From the NCBI RefSeq assembly GCF_055900595.2, contig NZ_CM148325.1: 64,000 nt of DNA; one strand, written 5' to 3'. The position numbers were made by a program, and so were the translations under genes. This document shows positions 62,808 to 64,000 of the stretch, in pieces. Positions within the stretch are counted from its first letter, which is position 1. Every line of letters starts with the position of its first letter. The notes beneath the pieces are model-generated. The model ran no database searches and was not told the origin of the DNA. It was given only the letters and a program-made list of their open reading frames with translations.

Positions 62808-64000
62808 TTACCCCCGACGCAAATTCTGCGCCGCCTGCACCATGTTCGCCAGTGCCGCGCGGGTTTCTGGCCAGCCGCGCGTTTTCAGACCACAGTCCGG
62901 GTTGACCCACAGACGCTCTGCCGGAATGCGTTTTGCCGCTTTCTTCAGCAGGGACTCAATCCATTCCACGCTCGGTACGTTTGGCGAGTGAATGTCATAG
63001 ACGCCAGGACCGATTTCATTCGGATAATCAAACTCTTCAAACGACTCCAGCAACTCCATGTCGGAACGCGAGGTTTCGATTGTGATGACGTCAGCATCCA
63101 GCGCCGCAATCGAATCCATGATGTCGTTGAACTCGCAGTAACACATGTGAGTGTGGATTTGCGTGTCATCTTTCGCTACGGCAGCGTTGATACGGAAAGC
63201 CTCCACGCCCCACTGAAGATAGGCATCCCAGTCGCTGCGACGCAGCGGTAAACCTTCGCGTAGCGCCGGTTCATCAATCTGGATGATGCCAATTCCAGCC
63301 GCTTCCAGATCGGCCACTTCATCACGCAGCGCCAGCGCAATTTGTTTGGCGATGGTTTCACGGCTGACATCTTCACGCGGGAACGACCAGCAGAGAATGG
63401 TCACCGGACCAGTCAGCATCCCTTTCACCGGTTTGTCGGTCAGCGATTGCGCATACTTCGCCCACTCCACAGTAATCGGTGCCGGGCGGCTAACGTCACC
63501 AATGACAATCGGTGGCTTCACGCAGCGGGAACCGTAGCTCTGTACCCAACCGTTTTGCGTAAAGACAAAGCCATCCAGGTGCTCGCCAAAGTATTCCACC
63601 ATGTCATTACGCTCGGCCTCACCATGCACCAGCACATCCAGACCCAGACGTTCCTGCTCAACAATGGCCTGCTTGATATGTTCTGCAATGCCCGTACGAT
63701 AGTTGTTGGCGTCGAGATTACCCTTTTTGAAATCCAGACGCAGGGTACGGATTTCTGTGGTTTGCGGGAAAGAGCCAATCGTGGTGGTCGGCCAGGCTGG
63801 CAGTTTAAAACGCGCACGCTGGGCTTCAGCACGCACTTCATAAACGTTCGCACGCTGACTGTCCTGGGCGGTGATCGCCGACAGACGCTTTTCTACTGCC
63901 GGATTATGTACACGAGTAGAGTGACGACGCGCCTGAATCGGAGCGCTCCACCCTGCCAGAGCTGCCGTATCACCACTGTTCAGCGCATCGCGCAGCAATG
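62808..64000 (-). CDS. metE: Cobalamin-independent methionine synthase, C-terminal part (5' end beyond window)
   Basis: - strand frame ends ...[15 protein letters not shown]; the frame stays open to the window edge. Confidence 0.9.
   Translation of the reverse strand, partial: LLRDALNSGDTAALAGWSAPIQARRHSTRVHNPAVEKRLSAITAQDSQRANVYEVRAEAQRARFKLPAWPTTTIGSFPQTTEIRTLRLDFKKGNLDANNYRTGIAEHIKQAIVEQERLGLDVLVHGEAERNDMVEYFGEHLDGFVFTQNGWVQSYGSRCVKPPIVIGDVSRPAPITVEWAKYAQSLTDKPVKGMLTGPVTILCWSFPREDVSRETIAKQIALALRDEVADLEAAGIGIIQIDEPALREGLPLRRSDWDAYLQWGVEAFRINAAVAKDDTQIHTHMCYCEFNDIMDSIAALDADVITIETSRSDMELLESFEEFDYPNEIGPGVYDIHSPNVPSVEWIESLLKKAAKRIPAERLWVNPDCGLKTRGWPETRAALANMVQAAQNLRRG

Overview
This window reads as an Escherichia coli-type chromosomal segment, in reverse orientation relative to the K-12 map as I recall it (roughly the metE to yihQ region). 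All comparisons to K-12 and all family names are from memory and manual reading of the ORF track; no search was run. Most of the window is conserved core: yihQ-yihP-yihO, ompL, typA, glnA-glnL-glnG, yshB, hemN, yihI, csrC, engB, spf, polA, yihG, yihF, dsbA, srkA, yihD, mobAB, a complete rrnA-type rRNA operon (16S, tRNA-Ile, tRNA-Ala, 23S, 5S), hemG, trkH, yigZ, pepQ, fadBA, fre, ubiD, rfaH, tatABCD, ubiB/ubiJ/ubiE, rmuC, udp, ysgA and the 3' part of metE. Three places depart from the K-12 layout. (1) At 7026-12563, between ompL and typA, a six-gene + strand operon encodes a leucine-rich-repeat-like protein, an ATP-grasp-like protein, an alkaline-phosphatase-superfamily hydrolase, a HemN-like radical SAM enzyme, a second small radical SAM enzyme and a HAD phosphatase. 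It sits where K-12 carries yihLMN, its last five genes are linked by start/stop overlaps, and I know of no assigned function; this is the best candidate for an undescribed system. (2) At about 55.1-60.9 kb, between rmuC and udp, a six-gene island encodes an IclR regulator, a DgoK-like kinase, a DgoA-like aldolase and a TctC/TctB/TctA tripartite transporter, preceded by a perfect 12-bp inverted repeat. (3) A TauE/SafE-type membrane exporter gene lies directly upstream of yihQ where I expected yihR. No CRISPR array, transposase, integrase or prophage gene was seen.
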